Of a stretch of DNA of 64,000 nt, positions 16,648 through 24,662 are shown piece by piece. The notes beneath the pieces were generated by a model. The model was not told the origin of the DNA. It did no database searches and saw only the letters and a program-made list of their open reading frames with translations. The translations under genes and the position numbers were made by a program. The stretch is from the IMG/VR virus record IMGVR_UViG_3300031949_000022, positions 8,397 to 72,396 of that record, one strand, 5' to 3'. Positions within the stretch are counted from its first letter, which is position 1; each line of letters starts with the position of its first letter. The DNA is from a virus.

Positions 16648-18005
16648 GGCACGACCTCCGCGCATGCCGGTTCGACCACGCGCCAATGTGCCTTCTCGGC
16701 GTATTCGAGACGGAACTCGAATGGACGACGCTGGTCCACTGGCCCATCGAAGCGGATGACGCCGTCATGGCACAGGCTGACGCTGGTACCGTGCCAGTGG
16801 TACCAGGCCACGCTCTTGCCTGCGCGCATTGCATCAAGCGCCTGATCCCACGTCATCGCCTTCGGTGGCTCGGGGTCGGGCCATCCGCAGGCGGCTCGCT
16901 GCTCTGGAGTGAGGGCCGAGAGACACCTCCCGATTGGGAGCACACCGATAGGCATTCTGGCTCGATAGAATTCTGCCACCGTCCGCATCGCATCCCGCAG
17001 GACGTCGAGCTCAGCCTTCGCCTTTTTGAACTCCTCCGACATCTTTTTCGCAGCGTCCCTCTCTCCTCTGAGCACGGCTCGCAAGTTCTCCACTTTGCTT
17101 TCGGCCACCCCGACCCGGAGATTGAGCCGGTCGCGCTCTTCTCGCAAGATGTCGCGCTCTACAGCCGCTCGTTGATGCGCGACCCGCTCCCTCCTTAGAT
17201 CATCCGCTGTCCGCTGGTGGTCGTCCCGCTCGAGGTCGTACATCCTGCGGCCAGGATCTTTCTGAAGATCTTTCTGAAGCCGCTCACACTCCGCTATCAG
17301 CTTGTCGCGTTCCGCCCGCAGCGCAACGATCTCGAGATTCTGACCATTCACAAGAACCTTGGTGAAGCCATTCACAGCCTTGGCCTGTGTGAACGATTCC
17401 GACATTCCCACTAGAGCGTCCCGCTCCGCCTGCGCCTCGAGTAGTTGTTTCTCGCCGTCCTTGGCGTAGTCCCTCAACTCCCTGACAGCCCAGTCGTACA
17501 GGATGGGAGGGGACAGATACGGATACAGAACTCGCCACCCGCTGGCAAACAACTCGTCGGCTCGACTCATAGACTTCGCGGTCTGCTTGTCGCTATCCTC
17601 AGGTTCGTCCACTCGACTGAGCGCGCGAGTGAGCCGCTCACAGTCAGCACGCAGGGCGTCCCGCTCGGCCTCTACAGACGCCAGCCTTAGGCCAGCATCG
17701 ACCGCACTGGCGGACCCAGTCTCTAACTTCCATTTTGCCACCTCCGCGAACAAATCCTCGCGCTCGGCGGCTAGAGCTTTGTTCTGTCTGAGCCACCCAG
17801 CCTGCTCTAGTCCTTGATTGTGTGTCTGGTGAGCCAGCTGGTCTTTCAGCTCTTCATGTTCCTTTCGCCAAGCGTGCCGCCGGAGCTCGGCCATTGCATC
17901 CTCCCACTTGACGACGCTCCCGGTCTCGGACTCGCGAAGGCGCACTGTCGCGTGAACAACACCGTGCTGACTCGGCCATTCGATTTCTGGATCGTATCGC
18001 TTCAT
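16644..18005 (-). CDS. Long coiled-coil protein with C-terminal DUF2829-like segment (tentative)
   Basis: ORF track (453 aa). GGAGG before ATG. C-terminus MTWDQALDAMRAGKSVA...HWRVVE resembles DUF2829. Confidence 0.6.
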   Translation of the reverse strand: MKRYDPEIEWPSQHGVVHATVRLRESETGSVVKWEDAMAELRRHAWRKEHEELKDQLAHQTHNQGLEQAGWLRQNKALAAEREDLFAEVAKWKLETGSASAVDAGLRLASVEAERDALRADCERLTRALSRVDEPEDSDKQTAKSMSRADELFASGWRVLYPYLSPPILYDWAVRELRDYAKDGEKQLLEAQAERDALVGMSESFTQAKAVNGFTKVLVNGQNLEIVALRAERDKLIAECERLQKDLQKDPGRRMYDLERDDHQRTADDLRRERVAHQRAAVERDILREERDRLNLRVGVAESKVENLRAVLRGERDAAKKMSEEFKKAKAELDVLRDAMRTVAEFYRARMPIGVLPIGRCLSALTPEQRAACGWPDPEPPKAMTWDQALDAMRAGKSVAWYHWHGTSVSLCHDGVIRFDGPVDQRRPFEFRLEYAEKAHWRVVEPACAEVVP

Positions 18006-18035
18006 GGTCTCACCTCCGGTGGTTCGTGTCGTCGG

Positions 18036-18215
18036 TCATGGTTCAGGCTGTTTTCTTGTCAGCGTGACGGTGGCCCTAAGCACTTCGGTCATGTCTGGCG
18101 TTCCGGTGAACTCGACTTGCACGTGCCAGAACCCCTTGTTGTTGCGCTTCCTCTTCTGCAGCACGTAGTACGCGAGGGCTTCCTGGATCTGGCTCTTCGT
18201 CAGCTTGACCTTCAT
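18036..18215 (-). CDS. Small hypothetical protein (59 aa, below ORF-track cutoff)
   Basis: Hand translation MKVKLTKSQIQEALAYYVLQKRKRNNKGFWHVQVEF.... GGAGG 5 nt upstream of ATG 18215. Confidence 0.45.
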   Translation of the reverse strand: MKVKLTKSQIQEALAYYVLQKRKRNNKGFWHVQVEFTGTPDMTEVLRATVTLTRKQPEP

Positions 18216-18234
18216 GGATACCTCCGGTCGAAGT

Positions 18235-18501
18235 CTATGCCCTGCGTCTCGAATTCAACCTGACTGTGCCGTAGCCGTAGCCGTCGCCGTCGCCGTAGCC
18301 GTCGCCGCAGCCGTAGCCGTCGCCGCAGCCGGAGCCGTCGCCGCAGCCGGAGCCGTAGCCGCAGCCGGAGCCGTCGCCGCAGCCGTAGCCGTAGCCGTCG
18401 CCGCAGCCGGAGCCGTAGCCGGAGCCGTAGCCGTCGCCGTAGCCGGAGCCGGAGCCGTCGCCGCAGCCGGAGCCGTAGCCGGAGCCTACGGGGAGCATCA
18501 T
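18235..18501 (-). CDS. (Gly-X)36 repeat protein, X = Ser/Tyr/Cys/Asp (88 aa)
   Basis: ATGATG at 18501 in ATGA overlap with the upstream gene. Every repeat codon ends in C (GGC/TCC/TAC/TGC/GAC). The antisense Ala/Val ORF was rejected. Confidence 0.55.
   Translation of the reverse strand: MMLPVGSGYGSGCGDGSGSGYGDGYGSGYGSGCGDGYGYGCGDGSGCGYGSGCGDGSGCGDGYGCGDGYGDGDGYGYGTVRLNSRRRA
18268..18486 (-). repeat. Hexanucleotide-type coding repeat (GGC-NNC)36
   Basis: Read directly; encodes the Gly-X array. Confidence 0.8.
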
Positions 18502-18809
18502 TTCAGCCCCCACTGTTCCGGGACAGGAATCGTGAAGATCTCTGCCCCGTCGGGAATGTCCACGTCTGAGATAGGCCTGATATCCGCTTGCGATGGATCT
18601 TCGATGACCGTCGAAAAACCGACTGACTTCCATCCGAAGATCCACACTGCGCGAGACAGATAGATGCGCCCATCCTTGCGAATGACGTCGCCAGCGAAGA
18701 GCCATCCTCGGTCCACGACCACTACAGCCCTGTTTCCGTTGAGCTTGCTGCGGGTGTACTCAATGCCGTCAACTGTGATGTTTTCTTTCATGGTGTTTTC
18801 TCCTGTCAT
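18498..18809 (-). CDS. Hypothetical protein (103 aa)
   Basis: Internal ATG (MTGENTMKENITVDG...) with GGAGG upstream and ATGA overlap with the upstream ORF. Confidence 0.55.
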   Translation of the reverse strand: MTGENTMKENITVDGIEYTRSKLNGNRAVVVVDRGWLFAGDVIRKDGRIYLSRAVWIFGWKSVGFSTVIEDPSQADIRPISDVDIPDGAEIFTIPVPEQWGLK

Positions 18810-19033
18810 GGATACCTCCCGTCGATCGCATCGTTGTCCACGTCCTGGTAGTTCGGCGGGGCGTCGATGCTTTGGCCAGACTCTCCCATCGGCCTCCGGA
18901 GCCTCTCCCGCTCCCGAACGTTTCGCGTGATCTTCACAGCAGCCGGCCTCAAGATCGGATCGAGCCTCAGGATCGCCAAGCGGTCCGGTCCCTGGATGTC
19001 GTCCGGGATCTCGTAGTCGCTGCCACCAGCCAT
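18806..19033 (-). CDS. Hypothetical protein (75 aa)
   Basis: Internal ATG (MAGGSDYEIPDD...) overlapping the stop of the DnaC-like gene. Confidence 0.5.
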   Translation of the reverse strand: MAGGSDYEIPDDIQGPDRLAILRLDPILRPAAVKITRNVRERERLRRPMGESGQSIDAPPNYQDVDNDAIDGRYP

Positions 19034-20109
19034 CAACGCACCTCCACCACTGGCCCACGCTTCCCTCGGCACTCAACGAACCGGCGCACGGTGGCGTCGC
19101 CGTATTCCGCGTCGATCGCTTCGAGCGTCCACCCCGTCGTGATCATCGTCGGCATTCCGTAGTTGTAGCGGTGACGAATCAGAGCACGCAGTGCGGGTCT
19201 GCCGACGGCTGGTTCCCAGCCCAGGTCATCGAGCGCAACCCAACGTGCGCGCTTCGCGCGGTAGAGTGCGTTGCCGGTCTCGCTTACCCAGTCTCCGTGG
19301 CGTTCCGGTCGCGTCCCCTCGTCGGCCAGGCCATAGGCGATGCAGCCGGCAATGTCCTCCGCTGACACGAAGAGCAACCCCTTGAGCCGCGGGCGCGACA
19401 CACAGTGTTGTGAGCGCGCCTGCTTGTCCGCCTGCTCAAGGGCCTCACGTTGGAACGACTGGTACATGATCTCGACGATCGCAAGCGATTTTCCCGTGCC
19501 GGTATTGCCAGCGAGCACTCCGCCAATCGACACGTCTGCTGACTCGGCCACCGCGCGCAGTCGCGGGTCCATGAGACGCAACCGTTCTTCGCTCGACAGG
19601 TCCGCTGCCGGAGGCAGCGCCTCGCACGCCGAGCGCGTCGCGCGAACGACGGCTTCGTGGAGCTGCACATCCACCAGTGCTCGACGCTCAGCGACCAGTG
19701 CTCGCCAGTTCGTTGAGCGGAGGGCTTCAACCGTCTCACCGCAGAACTGCATATACGACCGCGTGCGATCGGGGCCCCAGTAGACATCGTCACTCGGGCT
19801 ACCCGCGACCCAGTCTCTGACTTTGGCCCAGACATTCGACCGGCCGAGCTCGTAGAGCAGGTCCTGCTCAGGCCAGCCGGAGTCAGCTTGCAGACGCCCG
19901 AGGATCTCCTGGGCCTGCTGGCTTCGATCGGCGGCTTCCATGCGCGCCGCATCCGCTGCGACCGATGCCTCACGCGCTCTCTGCTCGATATCGTCTGCGC
20001 GCTGTGCGCGTTCGCTGGCCACTGTTTCGCGGCGCTCGCGTTGTTCGAGCGTGAGGAGTTTGTCGAGCTCGAGAATTTCTTGTTCCAGGTTGGGCAACTG
20101 GTGACTCAT
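19033..20109 (-). CDS. DnaC/IstB-like AAA+ helicase-loader protein
   Basis: ORF track (358 aa). Walker A GNTGTGKS, Walker B ...WVALDDLGWE, ...PTMITTGW. Directly downstream of the initiator gene. Confidence 0.65.
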   Translation of the reverse strand: MSHQLPNLEQEILELDKLLTLEQRERRETVASERAQRADDIEQRAREASVAADAARMEAADRSQQAQEILGRLQADSGWPEQDLLYELGRSNVWAKVRDWVAGSPSDDVYWGPDRTRSYMQFCGETVEALRSTNWRALVAERRALVDVQLHEAVVRATRSACEALPPAADLSSEERLRLMDPRLRAVAESADVSIGGVLAGNTGTGKSLAIVEIMYQSFQREALEQADKQARSQHCVSRPRLKGLLFVSAEDIAGCIAYGLADEGTRPERHGDWVSETGNALYRAKRARWVALDDLGWEPAVGRPALRALIRHRYNYGMPTMITTGWTLEAIDAEYGDATVRRFVECRGKRGPVVEVR

Positions 20110-21131
20110 TTCGTCTCTGTGCCTGTCGGTGGTGGGGGTTGTTGTTTCTTCATCTCGGCGAGCAGACGGGCGGTGTAGCCGCTGCTAGGCTGGGCCGGAC
20201 CTCGACCGCTGCCAGGGCGGGCGTTCGGGCTCGAAGCCGGCGAGGTACACTTCTGCGGGTCGGTCGCGATGGTGCGTATCGTGGCTTTGTCGCGCCACCA
20301 GCTCCCGGGTGCGTAGACCTTCCGGATGATGCCGACGGCTCGTGTCGCGTCGCCGGCGCACTTGTCGATCAACCGGTGGATCGCTCGCCCGTCGGCGGAG
20401 TCAAACAGGGGCTTCTCGCCACGGGCTGACTCGAACGCTTCGAAGTATGCGTTGCGGACTGCCAAGAACCCGGTCGTCTCCTCGGTTGGCGACTTGGGTG
20501 TCTTCTGGGTCTTCGGCTTCCCACCACTCTTGGGGGTCGGCGTTTTGGTCTTCGGTCCGGTTTTCGACTTCGAAGCTTCTGGTGACTCGAGTCGAAAATC
20601 ATCGCCCCCTGGACTCGCGTCGCTCGTCGACGCGCTAATGCCTACTTCAATGCCTACTTCATGCCTACTTCCGAGCGTTTTTGGCAGCAACTCGGCTGGA
20701 TTTCTGATCGCCGTGTCACCGGTCCCTGTCGTAGATGTCACCGGTCCCTGGACACCATGGCACCGGTCACGTGGTGGAACCGGTGACATGGTGGCACCGG
20801 TCACGTGGTGGAACCGGTGACATGGTGGCACCGGTAACCCGTGACACGATGTCACCAGTGCCGAGACATCGAATTGCCAAGCTAGGCCGTTCTTGGTCGC
20901 CGGGTCGGGGAGAACGCCCGTCTCGACCAACGCCGACACCACGCGTTTCACGGTGCGAGTGCTGAGACCAGTCAACGTCGCCAGTCTCGAGGCCCCGGGC
21001 TTGGGCTTCGGGTAGCGGGTCGACCAGTGGTCGAGAATCGCCAGCAGCACCAGCTTTTCACTGGGCTGAAGAGAGGCCTCAAGTACGGCGCGGCGCGCCG
21101 CTCGTGGAGAGAATTCGGTCACAGACCGCAC
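20106..21131 (-). CDS. Replication initiator / replisome organiser with N-terminal winged-helix
   Basis: ORF track (341 aa). wHTH-like ...LVLLAILDHW...LATLTGLSTRTVKRVVSALVETGVL. Iteron array inside the gene; followed by the loader gene. Confidence 0.55.
   Translation of the reverse strand: MRSVTEFSPRAARRAVLEASLQPSEKLVLLAILDHWSTRYPKPKPGASRLATLTGLSTRTVKRVVSALVETGVLPDPATKNGLAWQFDVSALVTSCHGLPVPPCHRFHHVTGATMSPVPPRDRCHGVQGPVTSTTGTGDTAIRNPAELLPKTLGSRHEVGIEVGISASTSDASPGGDDFRLESPEASKSKTGPKTKTPTPKSGGKPKTQKTPKSPTEETTGFLAVRNAYFEAFESARGEKPLFDSADGRAIHRLIDKCAGDATRAVGIIRKVYAPGSWWRDKATIRTIATDPQKCTSPASSPNARPGSGRGPAQPSSGYTARLLAEMKKQQPPPPTGTETK
20638..20672. repeat. Three tandem 11-12-mers ATGCCTACTTC(A) next to the iterons (possible unwinding element)
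   Basis: Read directly; locally AT-richer than the surroundings. Confidence 0.45.
20714..20862. repeat. Iteron array (about 8 copies of the CACCGGT / ACCGGTG core in both orientations) inside initiator gene; candidate ori
   Basis: TGTCACCGGTCCCTG occurs twice, 22 bp apart. A 34-bp unit CACCGGTCACGTGGTGGAACCGGTGACATGGTGG occurs twice in tandem (20761, 20795), with a degenerate third copy. Confidence 0.6.
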
Positions 21132-21622
21132 ACCTCCACGTCGCGCAACAACTCAGCCTCTGCCGCCTCGCCACCCGGCCACTCAGGCGAACATGGATCC
21201 GGCGCCGAGCTCGAATTGCTACGACTCTCGAGTAGTAGCTCTCGGCATGCCCCATCCCACTTTCGGTGAAAGGCATGCAGCACGGTCGTGTGGTCCAGCC
21301 CAAAGGCCCTGCCGGTCTCGTTCGAGCTCCAGCCGTACTTCGCTCGGCAGATGGCAATGGCCAGGGCCCGAGCGCGCGCCACGGAACGGTGCTTGTCCCT
21401 GCTGAGCACAGACTCGGGCGGGACTCCGAAAATCTCGCTTGCAGCCAGAATGGCTGGCAGGATGGCGCTCAGCATTCTCGGGTCGCGCGGGGCTGGACGC
21501 TTCGCAGCCTGGAGCTTAGTCGCCCCCCGACGCCGAGCCCCAAGCCTGCCTGGAGGAACGTACAGCGGCAGGCTCTCGACCCTCGGAAGTCCCTGCCACG
21601 CGTTGACAGCTCTAGCGACCAT
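21119..21622 (-). CDS. DnaA domain IV-like HTH protein
   Basis: ORF track. ...SRDKHRSVARARALAIAICRAKYGWSSNETGRAFGLDHTTVLHA... matches the DnaA C-terminal DNA-binding domain pattern. Confidence 0.6.
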   Translation of the reverse strand: MVARAVNAWQGLPRVESLPLYVPPGRLGARRRGATKLQAAKRPAPRDPRMLSAILPAILAASEIFGVPPESVLSRDKHRSVARARALAIAICRAKYGWSSNETGRAFGLDHTTVLHAFHRKWDGACRELLLESRSNSSSAPDPCSPEWPGGEAAEAELLRDVEVCGL

Positions 21623-22001
21623 CAGAACACCAAGCCTTCACGACTACCAGAGCCTCTCGAATCGACCTCACTGTGCGCACACGAATCCCTTTCTCAGCGG
21701 CCTTGCAGTGCCAGACCCACTGCGCCGGGCTCAGCTTCCCGCGATCGGTTTTCACCTCGAGAAAACCGTAGGGAACTAGTACCAGGATATCGGGCGTCCC
21801 GGCGGGAGCCATCTTGATGACTCGCTTCGATGGACCCTCGCCGAGCACCGTGGTTCCGCTGTTGAGCCTCATCGCCCAGAACCCTGAGGCCGTGAGAGCC
21901 TCGAGGATCCCGCGCTGGAGAGCAGCTTCGCTCACGGCTTCCTTCGCATCTCTCTCCGGATCACACGGAGCTTTGCGACAGCGCCTTCGGTCGTCAGGCA
22001 A
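21612..22001 (-). CDS. VRR-NUC domain nuclease
   Basis: ORF track. ...GTPDILVLVPYGFLEVKTDRGKLSPAQ... (PD..ExK signature). Confidence 0.65.
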   Translation of the reverse strand: MPDDRRRCRKAPCDPERDAKEAVSEAALQRGILEALTASGFWAMRLNSGTTVLGEGPSKRVIKMAPAGTPDILVLVPYGFLEVKTDRGKLSPAQWVWHCKAAEKGIRVRTVRSIREALVVVKAWCSDGR

Positions 22002-22219
22002 TCACCGAGGAGGAAATCCATCGTGTCCGCGAGCTCAGCCAGATAGAAGCGCTGCGTTTGCGTGGGCTCCCCGTACCGCGCCGCGTGCGCGGCTTCGGAC
22101 CACTTCTCGTCGTTCAGGTCAGGGAATTGCCAGCGCGTCTCGCCTTCGCCGAAAATCAGATGTCCATGCTCTCTGCGGTTGAGTTCGTCTTCACGAAGTG
22201 TCTTCACTTCCACCTCCAC
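21932..22219 (-). CDS. Hypothetical protein (95 aa)
   Basis: ORF track; overlaps the start of the VRR-NUC ORF. Confidence 0.45.
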   Translation of the reverse strand: MEVEVKTLREDELNRREHGHLIFGEGETRWQFPDLNDEKWSEAAHAARYGEPTQTQRFYLAELADTMDFLLGDCLTTEGAVAKLRVIRREMRRKP

Positions 22220-22247
22220 GTCCCGAGCCCGACCATGCCGAATCGGA

Positions 22248-23726
22248 TCATCCGAACAGGCTCCTCTGCTTGGGCTCGGACTTCTTGTCCGTGGTCTCTG
22301 GTGGCTTCCACGACGCGGCGTGGTGGATGCGGGCTCGTGCGATCGTCACATACGGTGCGTAGTCGTCGGACTCCACGTCCGTCATGTCGTGCATCTCGAT
22401 CCCGATGAAGCGGAAGTTTTCGAGAATACACGCGACACCCGTCGTGCCGCTGCCACAGAAAGGGTCGAGGCAGAGGCCAGACGGTGGGGTAACGAGTCTG
22501 GCAAGCCATCGCATCAACTCGACTGGCTTGACGGTGCTGTGGACATTGCGAGCGCCACCGCTTCGCCCCGCTCCGGAGCGCGGGCAGGCCAGTGCAGCAG
22601 AGCCATCCTTCCGCTTCGTGGCCTTTCCGCGACTCACCTTTGGCAGGTGTGAGCAGCCCAGTTCGCGCTCGCGGCGTGACGGCTTGGCCTGGTACAAGAA
22701 GGGAGGGAAGTCGTCGAGCGGGTGGGGGCGAAACTGGTTGAAGAAGCGGGAAGCAAAACCAGCGTCCGTGTGACCACCACGTGGCCTGTCCGCGTTGGCT
22801 TCGCCCCAGGACATTGGATTCCCATTGCATCCGGAAAAGCCACCAGAACTACTGGACGAGTGCCCACCCTGCCCATCGACCTCCCGGCACGGACACCCAG
22901 CCACGCACCGATCACCGCACTCAGCGTCGTGGCTCAAAACCAGGTTCGCCGGCCACCTCCCAGCAGGGTGGCACTGGATTCCGATTCCCGGCGGCGCCGC
23001 GATCTTGTCGGCCTCTGGCTTGGCGCTGTGCCCGCTTGCATGCCACGACGGTGGACGCTCGGTCCAGTCGGTGGAGACCCGGCAGGAGTCCACATTGAGA
23101 CATCCGCAGCCGTGAGTCAGCACGTTGTCGACCAGAGTACCCTTGAACGGTTTGCGTGCGAGCCACCAGAACTCAGCGCTCGGTTTCAGCCCCGTACCGA
23201 ATCCGTCCCACCGCTTCGCCTCTTCGCATCCACCGGACCCCACCGAGTATGTCCCGCCCTTCTCTGCCGTCGGAGTACCCGCATTGCCGCCGGCCGTGTA
23301 CGTGTGCAGGACTACACGCTGGTCCGTCGTACCGTTCCTCTGGTCAATCCCCTTGGAAACATTGAAACTTTTTGGCATCCCGCTTCCAAAAAGGTGAGCC
23401 ACGACGTCGCGAATATCGAACCCCGCACGCTCGAGTGCTGTTCCTGTCCAATGCGACGTTCTTGGAAGAGACCAGACCAAGGCGTGGCCACCCGGCTTGA
23501 GTACGCGCAGACACTCCGCCATGATCTGTGTCAACCATGTCACCCAATGCGCACGTCCACCCTTGTCCGAATCCCAAGAACTCTGCATGAAGGAAATTCC
23601 CGCAGGTGGATCCGTAACGACCGAGTCCACCGAGCAGTCCGGCATCTCCCGCAGAGCGGCCAGCGCCTCGGAGTGCACCACGCACCACCGCTCCCTGCCC
23701 TCGAGGACGTCGGATAGGTCGGTCAT
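22248..23726 (-). CDS. DNA methyltransferase (N6-A/N4-C type, beta-class motif order)
   Basis: Internal ATG (MTDLSDVLEG...) in ATGA overlap. Has ...VVTDPPAG... early and ...DPFCGSGTTGVA... near the C-terminus. Confidence 0.85.
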   Translation of the reverse strand: MTDLSDVLEGRERWCVVHSEALAALREMPDCSVDSVVTDPPAGISFMQSSWDSDKGGRAHWVTWLTQIMAECLRVLKPGGHALVWSLPRTSHWTGTALERAGFDIRDVVAHLFGSGMPKSFNVSKGIDQRNGTTDQRVVLHTYTAGGNAGTPTAEKGGTYSVGSGGCEEAKRWDGFGTGLKPSAEFWWLARKPFKGTLVDNVLTHGCGCLNVDSCRVSTDWTERPPSWHASGHSAKPEADKIAAPPGIGIQCHPAGRWPANLVLSHDAECGDRCVAGCPCREVDGQGGHSSSSSGGFSGCNGNPMSWGEANADRPRGGHTDAGFASRFFNQFRPHPLDDFPPFLYQAKPSRRERELGCSHLPKVSRGKATKRKDGSAALACPRSGAGRSGGARNVHSTVKPVELMRWLARLVTPPSGLCLDPFCGSGTTGVACILENFRFIGIEMHDMTDVESDDYAPYVTIARARIHHAASWKPPETTDKKSEPKQRSLFG

Positions 23727-24043
23727 TCCGTCCCCGTCAGCGCCCTGATCGCTGCCTCGAGCTGGTCCGCCGTGTAGTTGGCGCCAGGCTGGCAAAGCGA
23801 TCGGAGCTTTCCAAGCGCGAGGTATTGACGCCGCTCTTCCTGAAGCTTCTCGGTATCGTGTTCAAGGAATTGTCTGCTGTACGATTCTCTAGGGTACGTG
23901 TTCCCGGACAGGGTCCACTTGGTTCCGTCGTCGAGCTCGAGCCAGCGTTTCAGGATGCGCTTCACCTTGCGTGGTGCCCCAGGGCTCCACCCTCCGATCA
24001 CGACGACCACGTCACCGACTGCAAACGGTTTGGATTCGATCAT
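23723..24043 (-). CDS. Hypothetical protein (106 aa)
   Basis: Internal ATG (MIESKPFAVGD...) in ATGA overlap with the upstream ORF. Confidence 0.5.
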   Translation of the reverse strand: MIESKPFAVGDVVVVIGGWSPGAPRKVKRILKRWLELDDGTKWTLSGNTYPRESYSRQFLEHDTEKLQEERRQYLALGKLRSLCQPGANYTADQLEAAIRALTGTE

Positions 24044-24342
24044 ACGTCCTCCGGCCAGAGCCGCGTAGGCTTCCCGTCGCGCCCATGCTCGACCCGAATT
24101 CCGGCCTTCCCGAGTCGGTTCAGCCCGCTTCGGATTTGGTTTTGGATCGTCGCCACCGGGTTGGTCCAGGAGCATCGGCCAGCGAGCAGTGGGGCGAGCT
24201 CCTTCAGCGCGAGGCCCGGGCGCTCGGCCACGACCTGGGCCAGGATCGCGATGTCTACCTGGGCCTTGCGGATGTAGCGTCGGCAGGTCTGGCGCGCTTG
24301 GCGGTTGGATGCCGCGGTGGGGTTGCCTGCGTAGTTGTTCAA
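24040..24342 (-). CDS. Winged-helix-like DNA-binding protein (tentative)
   Basis: ORF track (100 aa). ...ILAQVVAERPGLALKELAPLL... wHTH-like. Confidence 0.5.
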   Translation of the reverse strand: MNNYAGNPTAASNRQARQTCRRYIRKAQVDIAILAQVVAERPGLALKELAPLLAGRCSWTNPVATIQNQIRSGLNRLGKAGIRVEHGRDGKPTRLWPEDV

Positions 24343-24662
24343 CGCTTCGCCTCCGGGTCGATGCCGCAGGCTCGTAGAATCTCTGGCGTCAGCGCATCGA
24401 TGGTGGAATGGAGGTGATACAGGTTGTCAGTCGAGTCCACTTCGCTGAACGCAACCTCGGCTTGAATCACCGCTTTGATCTCGTCCGGGATTCGGGGCCC
24501 GTGGAGCTTGTCCCATGCGGCCCATGCGGCCTCAACACTGGTACGTATCGGTCCCGTGACGCACCCGCCGTGGGCGCACGATACACGGCAAACTCCACTG
24601 GGCCAGCTGAGGAGTTCCGAGCCGCTGCCGCACACCGAACACTTGGCGTGGTCAGGCATCAT
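24339..24662 (-). CDS. Lar-family-like zinc-ribbon protein, copy A
   Basis: Internal ATG (MMPDHAKCSVCGSG...C..C...EAAWAAWDKL). C-terminal ...IDALTPEIL... shared with copy B. Confidence 0.55.
   Translation of the reverse strand: MMPDHAKCSVCGSGSELLSWPSGVCRVSCAHGGCVTGPIRTSVEAAWAAWDKLHGPRIPDEIKAVIQAEVAFSEVDSTDNLYHLHSTIDALTPEILRACGIDPEAKR

Noticed and set aside
18205-18663. 152-aa plus-strand ORF reading AVAVAVAVAAAVAVAAAGAVAAAG...
   Set aside because: It is the antisense reading of the (Gly-X)36 repeat. The minus frame has uniformly C-ending preferred codons, an ATGA coupling to the upstream gene, and fits the operon direction.
20761-20862. Tandem 34-bp repeats considered as a possible CRISPR array
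   Set aside because: The repeats are directly adjacent with no spacers, there are only two to three copies, they lie inside a coding region, and there are no cas genes. They are better explained as iterons.
22722-23717. 331-aa plus-strand ORF and other long antisense ORFs (e.g. 2088..3002, 6005..6853, 15457..16224, 28714..29955, 43310..44251, 48621..49601, 51925..52722)
   Set aside because: All lie opposite genes with recognisable motifs. They have Arg/Pro/Gly/Ala-heavy junk composition and poor third-position G/C. Stop codons are rare in off-frames at this GC content.
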